Below, one piece after another: positions 37,801 to 50,300 of a DNA stretch of 64,000 nt. This DNA comes from Mizuhopecten yessoensis (Eukaryota). Numbering within the stretch: position 1 is the first letter of the stretch; each line of letters begins with the position of its first letter. The notes below the pieces were generated by a model. The model did no database searches. It saw only the letters and a list, made by a program, of their open reading frames with translations, and had not been told where the DNA came from. The translations under genes and the position numbers were made by a program. The DNA is taken from contig NW_018408902.1 of the NCBI RefSeq assembly GCF_002113885.1, positions 1,292,820-1,356,819 of the forward strand, read 5' to 3'.

Positions 37801-38849
37801 TGGTCATGTTCTCCGCACGTCTGGTTTCCATGGTGACGCATAATCGCTCAGTGGTGTGTATTCGTTTCTGAACTCATTATGAACGGAACAGAATCTTTTC
37901 AAAACGTTTTTTCAAAATTGATTTCAGGAATCTTGGATTTATTTAAGGGGCATTATCAAATCTTAACCAAATATTAAAATATTAAAGAACATGTTGTGTT
38001 GACTCGTACGAAAAAAACTGGCAGATTTATTGAATAAAATTTGGACTTTTTTTGTAGTGATGTAATGCAAATAACGAAACCGTACAAGTTTAGTTAGACG
38101 TAGTCTGGGCAACTGGTCGACAAAATCTACAGAGAGTGTTTCCATGGTGAGTCCGTCACCAAATCAACATGGAGGAGCACCACAGCCATCGACATGCTCT
38201 GTCTTTGTTTGTTTACCTCTCTGCTCCTGTTTAAGACGTTCGGGACATCTTTAACACATTGAGCTTAACAGCAGAAATATATTGACTTTGTCCCCGTGTA
38301 TGCATAAACATACTACAAGTCAGGCTGATCAGTACCTCAATTTGGTTCATTAATTCTAGATTTCGTAATGTCGTCTAAATAGATGCTGTCTAAATGTACC
38401 ATAAATAGGGGGGGTTTAAGAAGTTTGGATTTTTTTTTATTAATCACAAATTCATTCCATTTCGAAACCACGTCCTCCAACACTCATGAATAAAAGTATT
38501 TTATTTTGTGCAGTCGAAAATATCACATAAATTCACTATTAGACTAAATTCATATTTATACAGTCTGGTGCACTGTCAACATGTCTGTGGTCGTCGATTC
38601 CCTAACCCTGTTTATTTTTTTTGTTCTGTATTTCATTAACCACACATTAAAGAAAAGTACATTATTCAAATCTGATTTTCAGAACAAGCTGAAAAGGTGA
38701 TGCTTGTATTGTCTTTACAGTTAACTTATGTATGTACAGATATTTCATAATCGAAGTACTTTGTTGTTATAGGGAGGAGCCCACATGATCCAAGAGTTTC
38801 GCTTTTGAGACACATATCTGCTGTAACAGAGAGAAAGAGAAAATGCACG

Positions 38850-38923
38850 GCCAGACCGGGGTTCGAACCCGGGACCCTCCGAACTCTGGACGGACGTTCT
38901 TACCAATTGAGCTACCCCTGGTC
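38850..38923 (-). pseudogene. tRNA-like Pol III unit inside LTR
   Basis: tagctcaattggtaagaacg (D arm/A box), tccgt-ccagagt-tcgga, ccgggttcgaaccccgg (T arm/B box); acceptor stem imperfect. Confidence 0.65.
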
Positions 38924-39067
38924 GCTGACGATTGACCCAGTCCAGTTCCATTACATTCCTACCTCCTTCGACAAAGCCTTCGAACCCGAAGACACACGAG
39001 ACCCTATACCACCTTCCTTATATTTCGTTTGGAGCAAAATTTGTAACAGGAGAAAGAGAAATGCATG

Positions 39068-39140
39068 GCCAGACCGGGGTTCGAACCCGGGACCCTCCGA
39101 ATATTAGACGGACGCTCTAACCAATTTAGCTATACCTGCT
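39068..39140 (-). pseudogene. tRNA-like Pol III unit inside LTR (anticodon position AAT, Ile-like)
   Basis: tagctaaattggttagagcg, tccgt-ctaatat-tcgga, ccgggttcgaaccccgg. Confidence 0.65.
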
Positions 39141-40355
39141 CGTCGACGATCGAGCCAGTCCAGTTCCGCTACACCTGCTATGTACTATGTATGTCGAGAG
39201 CCCAAGCCAGAAAGTTAGGAGACTGGTAACTATCTGTGAGTTCCGTATCATCCACGATGTTCTTGCATGTTGTTTGCTCGCTTGCTTAGCAGCACGTTGA
39301 CGTCCGTTTGTAATGAAGCCAAATGACTGTAGAGAAAGTTAAAACTGCCGGATGGACAAAGACTATAACCATTATGATCATTCACTCTGCATATTCGTGT
39401 CTATGCGTGGGGTAGCCAAATAACTCCCAATTAAGTTGATCTGATGAACTAGTTCAACCACGAGATCTTTATTTGATTTTCTTGCTTGGTTAAACAATTC
39501 AGTGTAGGACCAAATGAAAATGACATTCACTTGTGATGTGCCAAAGACTTCCACACAAGTCGATTTGGTCAACAAATCCAAACAAGAGATATTTGTGCAG
39601 AGTTCAGCTAAAATGACGACAGTATCTACAAGTATATGATCGTGTCAACTTCGGAGCCTTTCTTGAGTGACGCATCGATGAAATAGTTTCAAGATTTATC
39701 ATATGGTGCATTATACTCTAACAACAGGCTAAGCAGAGATGACACAGCAGACAACATGGAAAGAACTAGAATGATGACAAAATGGAAAACGATCCCAAAT
39801 ATTGTGGTCAGCTGATATAAGTGGACATTTTCGTTTCTTATGTGTTCTTCTGTCGATAAACCATTCACAATTTCAAAATGGTTTCAATATATTTTGAAAT
39901 TTACCGACTCATCGTCCGCCTTGTTGTTCGGAAAATGCACACGTCATTTTGGCACAGAATGGAACAGGTTTGTTAAAAAGGAGTTTCATCATAAATGTTA
40001 AGAATATGCATTTCACCAAACACTTATATTCGCGTTAAAAACAACGTAATCGGTCTAACCTCCATTCTTTATTGGTTAATCATACCATTTACCTACAGGT
40101 GGAAAAACTCTGATTTTTTTGGAGAACATTTCCGTCTAGTGACAATCGGAATCACGACGCGATACTCTGATCATCATATGACGGAAAGACCCGAATAGTT
40201 CCGATTTAGTTGAAACGTTTACTCGTTATAGTTTTTGATTCAAGGTAATGTAAATATCATTTTGTGTATGAACTAGGTTAGTGTTACAAATTACAACGTA
40301 AAATAATTATAAAAACTTTATAACTCTAGCAAGTTCAGCTATGAAATCCATAAAG

Positions 40356-41867
40356 CTCTCGGCATAGTATTTCAGTGAGGTAGCACTCTTAAAGTCAGCA
40401 TAGCAAGGAGGCAAATACAGCAACATATCCTGCCTACAGCACACATATAGACACAAGCCAACCTATCCAGCCTACAGCATACATATAGACACAAGCCAGC
40501 CTATCCTGCCTACAGCACACATATAGACACAAGCCAACCTATCCTACCTACAGCACACATATAGGCACAGGCCAACCTACCCAGCCTACAGCACACATAT
40601 AGACACAAGACAATCTATCCAGCCTACAGCACACATATAGACACAAGCCAGCCTATTCTGCCTACAGCACACATATAGACACAGGCCAATCTACCCAGCC
40701 TACAGCACACATATAGCCACAAGACAATCTATCCAGCCTACATCACACATATAGACACAAGCCAGCCTATCCTGCCTACAGCACACATATAGGCACAAGC
40801 CAGCCTATCCTGCCTACAGCACACATATAGGCACAAGCCAGCCTATCCTGCCTACAGCACACATATACACACAGGCCAACCTATTCTGCCTACAGCACAC
40901 ATATAGACGCAGGCCAATCTATCCAGCCTACAGCCCACATATAGACACAAGCCAACCTATCCAGCCTACAGCACACATATAGACAAAAGCCAACCTATCC
41001 AGCTTACAGCACACATATAGACACAAGCCAACCTATCCAGCCTACAGCACACATAAAGACACAAGCCAACCTATTCTGCCTACAGCACGCATATAGACAC
41101 AAGCCAGCCTATTCTGCCTACAGCACACATATAGACACAAGCTAACATATCCAGCCTACAGCACACATATAGACAAAAGCAAACCTATCCAGCTTACAGC
41201 ACACATATAGACACAAGCCAACCTATCCTACCTACAGCACACATACAGACACAAGCCAACCTATCCTACCTACAGCACACATATAGACACAAGCCAACCT
41301 ATCCTACCTACAACACACATATAGACACAAGCTAACCTATCCAGCCTACAGCACACATATAGACACAAGCCAACCTATGCAGCCTACAGCACACATATAG
41401 ACACAAGCCAACCAATCCTACCTACAGCACACATATAGACACAAGCCAACCTACCCAGCCTACAGCACACATATAGACACAAGCCACCCTATCCTGCCTA
41501 CAGCACACATATAGACACAAGCCAACCTATCCAGCTTACAGCACACATATAGACACAAGCCAACCTACCCAGCCTACAGCACACATATAGACACAAGCCA
41601 ACCTATCCAGCCTACAGCACACATATAGACACAAGTCAACCTACCCAGTCGACAGCACACATATAGACACAAGCAAACCTATCCTGCCTACAGCACACAT
41701 ATAGACACAAGCCAGCCTATCCAGCATACAGCACACATATAGACACAAGCCAACATAGCCTGCATACAGCACATTTACGCACGAACACGCATACATTAAA
41801 CACATGGAGGCACCTCCTTAAATGACCATGCTGATAGGACGTCAAACAAAGTAAAACCAACCAAACC
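40356..41867 (+). mobile_element. 5'-truncated SINE (Meta/Deu-type body and tail) containing an internal minisatellite
   Basis: ttcagtgaggtagcact body motif on the left; ccttaaatgacc...gataggacgtcaaacaaa...aaccaaccaaacc tail on the right. Confidence 0.65.
40426..41772. repeat. Minisatellite, 38-bp unit (cctacagcacacatatagacacaagccaacctatccag), ~35 copies
   Basis: Direct tandem repetition, period 38. Confidence 0.97.
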
Positions 41868-42350
41868 ATACAGCCCACCTGTTGAGGTCATAATTACGAC
41901 ATAACAATTGTAATGTAAGGTACATCTGACTCCCTCTCTGGGATGTGCCTCTCCTTATTCTATTGAACAGCTTTGAGTTAGCATCCATAGTTAATATGAA
42001 TGCCAACTGGAATGATGTCACTGACTCCAAGATTATAATATGACGTCACAATGACGACAATATATATGGAGCCATGAATATGCAATTTTTGACTTTAAGA
42101 TAACATGGAAAACGTCTTATATATATATTATCAGAAGGTAATCATATTTGCTAATGACAACTCCATCTTATACCGTCAAATAAAATAACATCTCATTTTG
42201 ATGAAATAATATACCATCATCATATCTGACCAATTACAACTTATTCTATCCATATATATATTATTACGAGAAATTATACCATCTTATATTCATATTATAA
42301 GGTCAAATCCTTAGGACCTTTTGTTATCTAAGTAATTAAGATCTATACTA

Positions 42351-42593
42351 GAGGACCCCATTGGAAATAAGCTGCCACCCAGCTTTCATGGGATATCCTA
42401 GGTTAAAGCTTAGTCAAACAGATACATTGTAATTATAGTGCTCCAAAATTTGTGATATTAACTTTGATGTGATAAGCTAAATACTGTGATAAATCAGTGA
42501 TTATTATGCAATTGAAATCTGTGATCATATGTGATATTTGTACCTGTATCCTGCTTTTAACGAATAAATATTATTATTATTATTATTATTATT
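42351..42593 (+). mobile_element. Possible 3' end of a 5'-truncated non-LTR retrotransposon
   Basis: Ends in AATAAA followed by (TAT)n tail. Confidence 0.4.
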
Positions 42594-45286
42594 CTTTTCT
42601 CTAAATATTAAAAAAATGATTGTGTGATATAAACTTATCTCAAATTTGTTTCCGATGGAAAGTCATGCGAGATCCTATATATAGCTAATATGTTGTAAGC
42701 GACATATCGGAAATTCGCGAGTTGAAGTGTCTGGAACTTAACGTCAATCGTTAGGTGACATATTGGTCTGTATCTGGTGTAACGTACTTGATGTAAGCTT
42801 TACACAATTTATCTCCGACAGTTTCGATTTCCTTGATCTTTGACGGTTTCAAGTATGATAAGGTCATGGTCTGTGATGAATAATTTGATAAATAAAGTCA
42901 TACGGTGCGTGCAAGTAATGAAGCATGTTAAAAAGTCTAAAACACTTCAGGTTATAATTTAGTGGCCGATATATTTAAAATGTTTTAAAAAATGGGGGGA
43001 AATCATATTTTTTGTTAACAAAAATATGTTTGAATTGAGCTGAAACCTGTTCTGTGCTATTAAAAGCTCAAATTAAAACTAGCAAAATAGTTGTGAAAAT
43101 TGCAGTATTGTATTTAAACTACATGTAATGATAGATAAAACTTTGAATAAGCTGATTTTAAAGCCATGCTCGGTTGGCCATGGTTCCGACCGATAAGAAA
43201 CTGACACAGACATTTGTGTCGCTGTTGGATGTCGCAAAGTTGTAGTCCTGGACACACACGATCGAAATTATTGATTTTTCATGCAACCCGTTACCTACGC
43301 TATCTATATGCTAGTAATACATGAAGTATAGCGAACGCCGTCGGAGCTGGTGACAGGGTTACATAATATGTTGTGTCGTAACCGTCGCCATATTGACTCG
43401 AATATTGATAGGATCATTAATACAATGAATACAAAAATTCTATGACAACACACTACCGACATTACAGCAAATTTTAGTGAATATTGAAATGCAGTAAATA
43501 AAAATGTGTTATGTTAATTTTCACCGGGGACTGGCTTAAACTGATGCTGAATAGTGTGTCCAATTCTTGATTTGACGGTGGACATCACGACCGGTGCCAG
43601 ATGTGGTGTCGGAACTTTACTCCTCAAACACCTCCTCATGAATGAAAAGGACATCAAATTGTGACGCATGACATATATTTTTAAAACAAACACTATGTAA
43701 CGCTTTTTTTTAATCAAACATATCGACGTTATATAAATATTTTCACTTAATACCGTCAACTTACCACATACAATGCAATCTGTCCAGCAGCACCCTTTTA
43801 AGAGCTGTTTCTGGATGAAGATTTAAGTGAAACATTTTTATAGAGGAAAAATATGTCATTGTATCATGTGTGGTATCTGGCCTGTATGTCGGTCGCCTAA
43901 TTGATTGGGCCACCGTTACATTCACGTGACACAATCCTTGTAAGGCATCTTACGACGGGACTCAAGTTGACATATGACAGATTGGGTTTTTTGTTAATCA
44001 ATGATCTATGATGCTGGGGGAAATCCCTGCAGGACTTGGCCGCGGTCTGAAGACCAACACATGGTGACGCCATGCCATGGACAAAGACTTCCCGACCTTT
44101 TGTGCCTTCCGAATTTCTTTTCTAGTGAAACTATACAGACAGTCCTCAAAATCTGACCGGAAAATTGATTTGTGAGTTTCATTAAAGCATCTGAACCGTT
44201 CCGAAACTACAACTGACCGCTTTTTAAGATGTCGATTAGGGGCCAGTGGCTATATCTTTAATCGATAAGGGCCTGCCGAGGACGGGTGACTGATACAAGG
44301 GTGTCTATCATGAAAATTTGGTATTGTACATGTATATAAAAAAAATACTATTGCATTTATATCGCCCTGTTTTAGTTCAATTTCTTCTTTGACAGTTACT
44401 TGGAAATTAATGAAAAACGGATATATGTATCGTAACCAAATGTTTACTTTTTTTCTTTACTGTGAACCCCTTTCGAACCCCTGGATGATTCTTACAACTG
44501 GACGCAGACTTGATACAAGGTTTTAGCACTAACTCCCTAGGGACATGTGAAATAGGAAGGACTGTTTCCAAATACAGCCTACCACATAAAAAAAATCTCA
44601 TAAATTCTAAGGCTACAATATCAGTGATAATTACGATTGACATGTTATGGCATTGAAATAGCGGCAAACATGTCATGTTGAAATGATTAATTATATTGAT
44701 ATAGCACTATACAATGACATTTTTATGGTAGGGATGCATACTCTTTATCTGATATTTTCTTTCTAATCTTTCAATTATATGTTTTATTTTATGTGCCATT
44801 ATATGACCAAATTACAAAACAAAACTTTGTTAAAAGGAAATGAAAATATTTTAATCATAGACTGATATAAGTAGAAATTGTTAATTCATAATATTATCAT
44901 AAATTGAGCTGTTTTCTTATATCAATGTACCATTTTCATGTTGATTTGATTGAACAAAACATCTAAAAAAAGGAAAATTTTATTTCATATATGTGTATTT
45001 TCCTCACTTATGTAATAGCATTAGAATCTACTTCCATCTAGAATATCTCACTGACATTGTCAATATCGTTCATATATTGTGTGTACATACTTTTAGTTCA
45101 GCTATAAAGTTGATATAGGTAATTGGCTTCTCTGATAGCGTCAATCGTTTGTTAGCCATGCGTAAATAATCCTCCTATATCATTTGATCCGTAGTCTGCA
45201 CTTAAACCTTGCACACAGGTGTATTTGTTTAGGACGCTATTTTGTCACGCTTCAATGAAAAACGTAGGATACCTTCTACATCGATC

Positions 45287-45316
45287 ATTGGTCAAAACAC
45301 TATTTGCATATATAAG
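45287..45316 (+). promoter_or_regulatory. Candidate cadherin core promoter: reverse CCAAT, octamer, TATA
   Basis: attgg 45287, ATTTGCAT 45302-45309, TATATAA 45309-45315, upstream of a GC-richer stretch and ~700 bp from the ATG. Confidence 0.3.
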
Positions 45317-46024
45317 CCGTTCCGGGCATCTCCCGCTATTTTCCCCAAAGAGAAACTAGGTGCTATATAATAAGACACGTCTTTGCTATGCTACAATTCT
45401 AGCTCATAAATACATAAATGATATATTAATAGATTTTGCACTGAAAAACACATCGATTGAAGCGTTTATCGGGCTCTGTGCACCCATTTGTTCACTCGCC
45501 GACAGCGGTGAGGGAGGTAAAAAGAAGGGCAGCCGGACTTTACAAATTCCGACACCTGAGTCGTTCGAATGGAAACATAGGAAAGTGTTCGGAACACGAA
45601 TCGGCAGGAGGGGAGATGTACATGTGTAGAGGATGGATTTAAATTGTAAATGAGTCGGATCAACTCAAGCGGTGACGAGTTGTGTGCTGTAACCGTGTAC
45701 TTGGTATAAAGACGGATGATCAGCGATTCTGTTGGATGTTATGATATTGTGACTGGAGTAGGGTGTTCCGAGCGGCTGCGATGCAGATGATATTTTGAGA
45801 GAGCTCGCCGCAAAATGTAACGGTCTTGCAGGAGTTGTGTGTGCTAGCTATAGGCTTGGAGATATGTCGTACACTGGTTTGTTGTTCTGGTGTGTTATTT
45901 AAAGATCACACTTGTAATGTGATCGTTACATGTTGGATTTATTTCTATCTAAATTTAACGATAACGTTTCCCGGATTTTCAGTTGGATCGGAGAAGTCTT
46001 ACTTATCTAAGGCCGTGAGGCAAC

Positions 46025-47324
46025 ATGGCGACCGTAAGGATGAAAGGAGTGGATATATGTCTGTTTTACCTTGTGTGTCTAATGGGTATGATTGGTTTTA
46101 TACATTCCACTGCACCAACAAAAATTGGTAAGATTAAGACAAATGTTTATGTACCTTTCAAAACACCACCATCAACTGTCATTACGAAACTCTCCGTATC
46201 AGGAAAAGTACCTGTTTTGGAAAGTTTCGGTGAAAAAGCAAGGTCACTTTTTACAGTGGACAAGGGTCATTTTATGACAAAAGACGACCTGACATCTTCA
46301 TTAGGAAAGGAATTTACATTTTACGTCAGGGATGCTTTAGAAAGTGGACCAATCCTGGATGTGTTGCATGTTATTGTTGACAATTCAACAGATTTGTTTA
46401 CTTTTCCACAGCAACAATACATTGGCACCATCAAGGAAAACCAACCATCCCTTTCACCTGTGGAAATAGTCGGTCATGTTTGGTCTAGAAATCATGAATC
46501 TGTGTCACTTGGTCATATTAGATATTCCATCTTTTACAATACAGGGTCAAATAATTTTCATCTCAAACACAATCTTTATAGCCAAGTAGAAGAAATCAAA
46601 TTTGTCACTAAAAACCCGCTAGACAGGGAAGAAAACAACCAATACAGAATTATAGTCCAGGCAGAAAATGACCAGGGTCAAAAAGCACAAGCTGTGGTCA
46701 AGATATTTGTACTGGATGAAAATGACAACATTCCAAAATTCGAAAAATCATCATATAATGTAGAATTTGGTGCAGGAATTTACGGGGGAACAAGGGTGCT
46801 TCAAGTTCGTGCCTTTGACTTGGATGATGAAACCATCGCATATAAAATCGCAGATGAAAATGGTCTGTTTATCATCGACCCAGTTAGTGGGAAAGTATTC
46901 CTGAAGAGAAATGCATACCTTGATTCTGGGAATTACATGTTCTATGTTGTGGCTCGAGATTCCAGCGGTCACTCTAGTGACCCAGTCAGTGTTCAAGTCA
47001 AAGTGATCCCTAAGGCGCTAAAATTTGAATCTTATCGTCATCGCCTATCTAAAAGGTCTACAGTCATCAATCGTGTTGAGAAAACCTACGAAGTTCAGGA
47101 GAGTATGCCCAGTAGTAAGTCTATGTTCAGTATAGCGTCGACCCCGCCCCCTTTATCAGGGGTGGAGCAGTATAGTTTAGTGGAGTCCTCCCTTCCCGAA
47201 ACGTTTCAAGTTGACACCCGTGGATATGTCTATATCAAACAAGGGAGACAACTTGATTACGAAGACATGCAGCATCGCATCATTACCCTGAAATTCCACA
47301 TCACCAACTCGAACAACTTTCAAG
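46025..47324 (+). CDS. First coding exon of neural-cadherin-like (type III classical) cadherin; gene continues beyond window
   Basis: Signal peptide (ICLFYLVCLMGMIGFIHS), cadherin motifs LDRE, DENDNIPKF, AFDLD, LDYED; basic site RHRLSKR after the first repeats; acceptor ttttcAG at 45981-45982, donor caag|GTAAGT at 47325 (phase 1). Confidence 0.9.
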
Positions 47325-50300
47325 GTAAGTTTTCAATATATATTTAAAACAAATTTTCTTTGTTTGTATATAACCATATAAAATGTTTTACAGTCAACCT
47401 AATGGTTAGAAGCATTACAGATTATATATATATGGTACTGTGTTTATTCAAAGAAGCAGTCGTGCATGGTTATGTGCCATACCTGGTATTTTGATTGATA
47501 ATTATTAATAAAAACAACCCTTCATAACTTTTCATCATCCTAAGTATTATTTAAAGTCAAGCCAAGTTCAATACAGTTGCTGTACAAAATTGATCTGTCG
47601 AAAAAAATCTGTGCTTGATTTTCTTTACCATAATGGTATTTGAGAACAGTGCTTGCATTAGGAAGCAGTTTCTATATTCTACTCTGTGTATTTTGAAGCT
47701 GATCAGCATAGGTCATTTACACTAAATGCAGCTTTGATTAAATTACTCAAAACATCATGTTCACCTTCAACGTTTGTGAGAGAGTTAATAAATGAAACAT
47801 CAAATCAAGGTGGCAGAAAGCAAAGAAATTAACGTGTCTTTGTTTAGAGTTTCGGATGATATTGGTTCATTTATGCGTACTCTAATAATAGCTATTAGAC
47901 ACTGGTTATCGATTGGTCAGTCAGGTATGGGTCCAGTCTAGAGGTTTGATGGGATAATGGTCAGAGTGCAGTGCCATCTTGAGTAATATCAGGTTGACAC
48001 GCTCTCTACTGACTAAGGAACATAAACTTGACCTTGATATATTTCTACATCAGCGTGGAGTCTAACAGAGTTACTAGTACAAATTGTATAATGTTGGTCA
48101 TCATTCATAATCACTGGTTTAATACCAGAACTTCCTTATATAATGTTTATGTTTGTTGGTTAAGTTGTAATTTGGAAGAGTAAATTATAACTAGATTCCT
48201 CTTCAATAGACCTTTAATAGCAGAAACATTTTCATTTACTTCTTTCCCTATAATTTATAACGAGGACCGCTGCAAATTATATTTAACTGAAGGTTGCAAT
48301 TTTCAATACAATGAAAATAAACCTGTACAGAGCCTATGGGTTGCAGGGAAATGGCGTCAGGTTAGAAAATATGAAAACTTTAGTGCAATATGCATACCGT
48401 ATATGACAAGAGATCTTCATTGACGTATGTTATACATATTTACCTTGTACGTACAATACTTCATGACATGAGGATGATTAATGTTTCAAAGCTGATTTTT
48501 TTCAGTTTATGGAATTATTAATCATTATGAAACATACATGTACCATTTCGTTGTCATGTATATAATCCATGCATATATACTGAATTTCTGGGCCAGGTAT
48601 ATTGTATTATCATTATAGGCTTTGAGTTGAATTCAACACATTTTCATGGTTTGATAACATTTTTGGCAGAGTTTTTAATTCAGTTTTAATCAGAGTCTGA
48701 AGATAAAAGATGTTTTCGTAATAACGGTCAGTGGGTGGATATGTACCAATAACAGCAAACAATACTATATATATATACATTGCATAAGATTATATGCAAT
48801 CCAATTTTGACATGATGGTATTATTGACGATGTCTTTAAAACATTGTTTGAATGCTCGAGAGATCGTTATGCCACGGGGCATTGTTAGATATATCCTAAC
48901 AAAATGTCGTGACGACATTCTCACATAACGAAAAAATAAAATTACAGGAAGTGTTCTTATTGACATTTGTTGAGTTGAGCTGTAAAATATTACTCAACAA
49001 ATTAGTGGTTTCTCGCCAGCAACACTCGTCATGGCGTGGCTTCATTTGTACTCATTAAATATTCATGAAATTCACCCAAACAAGATTGTCAAATGACAGT
49101 CAACAATTACAGAAGAATAAAATGAATGCACAGACCAGAGTTCATGGAGATCTAGATCTGTGGAGCAGCCTTTTTAGTTCTCTGACACACTCCAGGGTGG
49201 TTGTTTTTAATGATTTTTTTCGTTAGATATATAAAGGAGGTGATTACACTATGAAACTGAAGCTGAGTCACTCTTGAAGCAAATATACATCCATCTTGTT
49301 TCTAATTATTTAACTGTCTAAATTAAAAATTCATACAGTTGACCTTGTTTGAACAAAATTTAATTTTTCAAATATAACTGTTATCTGTAGATTTTTTTTT
49401 GGAAATATGTCTTGGTATACCCACATAGTTTAATTTGATCATTAAAACATATTCGGTCAGAGACCTGTATGTTTATTTCAGAAACTACTGGTCAGTTGGG
49501 CTGGTAGTTTCCAATTTTACAAATCAATTTTCAAATTCAATCGTTAAATGCACCAGATAAGTAATATACAATTTTGACTAGTCTGATTAGGCTAGCTAGC
49601 ATTTTTTAGAACCATTTCACTAGGGCTCAGATTACATAGCTGGCTATATGGTTTATATTGCCTAGCCCTGAAATAGTCACTCTAGACAGGTACGTGCTGA
49701 TCATTGTTCAGGTAATCAACAGACATGTACATTTTTCGGGGTTCCTTCAATCAGAGCTCGGTCTGAATTATGAAATCACAATTAATTTGTGCACGGTATG
49801 ATATGGCAATATAGTGTAGATTTATAAGTGTATCTGTAGATTGACCCCTCTGTGAGCTTTATAGTTAACATTATACAGTTATACTGTAGGTAATTATACA
49901 TTTTAAGAACTCTCTTTACACAGTTTTAACAGCATGATCATAAGAGATTTTCTTTAGGTTTGGTTTAAAATTGAAAGATTATGTTATAATATGTATCTAA
50001 ATGCCTCATTATTTTGAGAAATTGTCTATAGGGACGGTATATCATCCAGCTTTGTGTGTCCGATCTAAAGTACACTGTCTCTAGATCTAGTCTATAGACC
50101 CATAGTCCTGGGCCTAGTTATCCTGTTTGAATATTAAGCTACCTTATATGGTATAAGTACTGTATATCCTTCACCATTTCCAGTTCACAATTTGTGTTTT
50201 GTGTGCTGATCACATAAATCAAGAGTTGAACCAATAATTGAGTTGCTTTATTGACTGGCTAGTCCCTAATATTGTGTGATAATCCCAATTAATAGTCTAA

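Larger units (their letters stand above)
38822..39173 (-). mobile_element. Complete miniature non-autonomous LTR retrotransposon (TRIM; Helenus/Ajax/Cassandra-like) with tRNA-derived LTRs
   Basis: Two direct repeats 38822-38955 and 39042-39173, each TGTAA...(T/C)TACA; 5-bp TSD tctgc/cctgc; 86-bp interior with PBS-like and polypurine tract; A/B boxes inside each LTR. Confidence 0.85.

Noticed and set aside
38140-38155. ATG followed by donor-like GTGAGT (similar donors at ~8175 and ~25953)
   Set aside because: Isolated splice-like motifs with no supporting exon chain
38850-39140. Two functional tRNA genes
   Set aside because: Acceptor stems are imperfect, anticodon loops differ, and both lie inside LTRs
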